DNA of 53,441 nucleotides from Coxiellaceae bacterium (GTDB lineage Bacteria; Pseudomonadota; Gammaproteobacteria; JAJRRL01): NCBI GenBank assembly GCA_044359385.1, contig JBIKMG010000004.1, positions 1 to 53,441 of the forward strand, read 5' to 3'. Shown piece by piece: positions 52,923 to 53,441 of this stretch (position 1 is its first letter; each line of letters starts with the position of its first letter). The notes under the pieces were generated by a model. It saw only the letters and a program-made list of their open reading frames with translations, ran no database searches and was not told where the DNA came from. The position numbers and the translations under genes were made by a program.

Positions 52923-53302
52923 TGCGATTTCCTGTTTGTAATCAGTTATTGAAGAGTTTTATCAATATGCTGTGTTCAGGGTGATGAATCACCGATGAAC
53001 ATAAAATCTATTGTTGCATTTTTATCAGGTATAACATCCACTCATTTTAAGGGCACTCTGTTTATTTTAATTGTCTAGAGTACTTCTTTTTGCAATCAAT
53101 TGGTTAGATTAAGACTAAACTTAATCACCTGACAATTGCTTCATAAAAAAGAGCAAATGTCTTACGCCTTATTCAGATTCCCCCTATTTATAACTAGGAG
53201 TCTAAGTGGTTCTTCAGGGAGTATCCGCTCAATAATCAGAGTCGGTGTATAGGTCATCCGGGCAGCCTTAGTGTGGAGAATCATTTGCAATACATAAAAA
53301 GG

Positions 53303-53441
53303 ATGTTTTTAGTGATCTATATCGATATTTCACTCATTACCTTTGTTGGCTTCATCCTAACGCAATTAGCCGCGATTCTATACGGATATTTCCACAAAGA
53401 TTATATACTCATGGTAGGCTATATGCTGGCTATCCTAACCT
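53303..53441 (+). CDS. 5' part of a membrane protein gene running off the right edge
   Basis: The ATG at 53303 follows AAAAGG. It reads MFLVIYIDISLITFVGFILTQLAAILYGYFHKDYILMVGYMLAILT, which is hydrophobic and open to the window end. Confidence 0.3.
   Translation, partial: MFLVIYIDISLITFVGFILTQLAAILYGYFHKDYILMVGYMLAILT

Noticed and set aside
53107-53126. Inverted repeat GATTAAG-N6-CTTAATC in the right-hand intergenic region.
   Set aside because: It is short, AT-rich and isolated, with no adjacent gene start or second copy. This is expected by chance in AT-rich intergenic DNA.

Overview
This 53.4 kb window looks like chromosomal DNA from a Legionellales-type (Legionella/Coxiella-like) gammaproteobacterium. 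That placement is an inference from tdk-phtC-phtD-like synteny, the transporter repertoire and effector-like orphan genes, and I cannot verify it here. Both strands are densely coding. I recognised no rRNA, tRNA, CRISPR array, transposase or integrase. Housekeeping blocks: hemC-hemD-hemX-hemY plus an acyltransferase (1-4629); tdk with two tandem Pht-like MFS transporters (7026-10465); uvrD, ahcY-metK and argS (13.6-20.7 kb); a cytochrome oxidase assembly cluster of SURF1, a divergent SCO-like protein, cyoE, SCO1 and a TlpA-like protein (21.8-25.1 kb); photolyase and a YfcH-like epimerase; gmhB, two amino acid permeases and a thioesterase (40-44 kb). Accessory content worth attention: (1) an intact VirB-type type IV secretion locus (virB2-B11, 26.5-34.5 kb) with no coupling protein, relaxase, VirB1 or mobility genes in the window. 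It includes an untracked 45-aa lipoprotein gene and is followed by a secreted Cys-rich protein. (2) A four-gene operon of orphan proteins (44.4-48.6 kb) that includes a kinase-like protein and a class-3-lipase-like protein. It is bracketed by two diverged, inverted copies of the same C-terminal membrane module. (3) A membrane-protein gene broken only by three in-frame stops (48.9-50.2 kb). (4) A tightly coupled operon of a heme-oxygenase-like diiron enzyme, a 2Fe-2S ferredoxin, DUF4286 and a nitronate monooxygenase (50.2-52.6 kb), preceded by an untracked 58-aa ORF ending in CLLF. (5) Several orphan secreted or membrane proteins, including a multi-hairpin membrane protein with a Glu-rich C-terminus, and a eukaryote-like RRM/RGG RNA-binding protein coupled to a small zinc-ribbon-like ORF. 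All functional calls rest on motif recognition by eye. No database search was possible.
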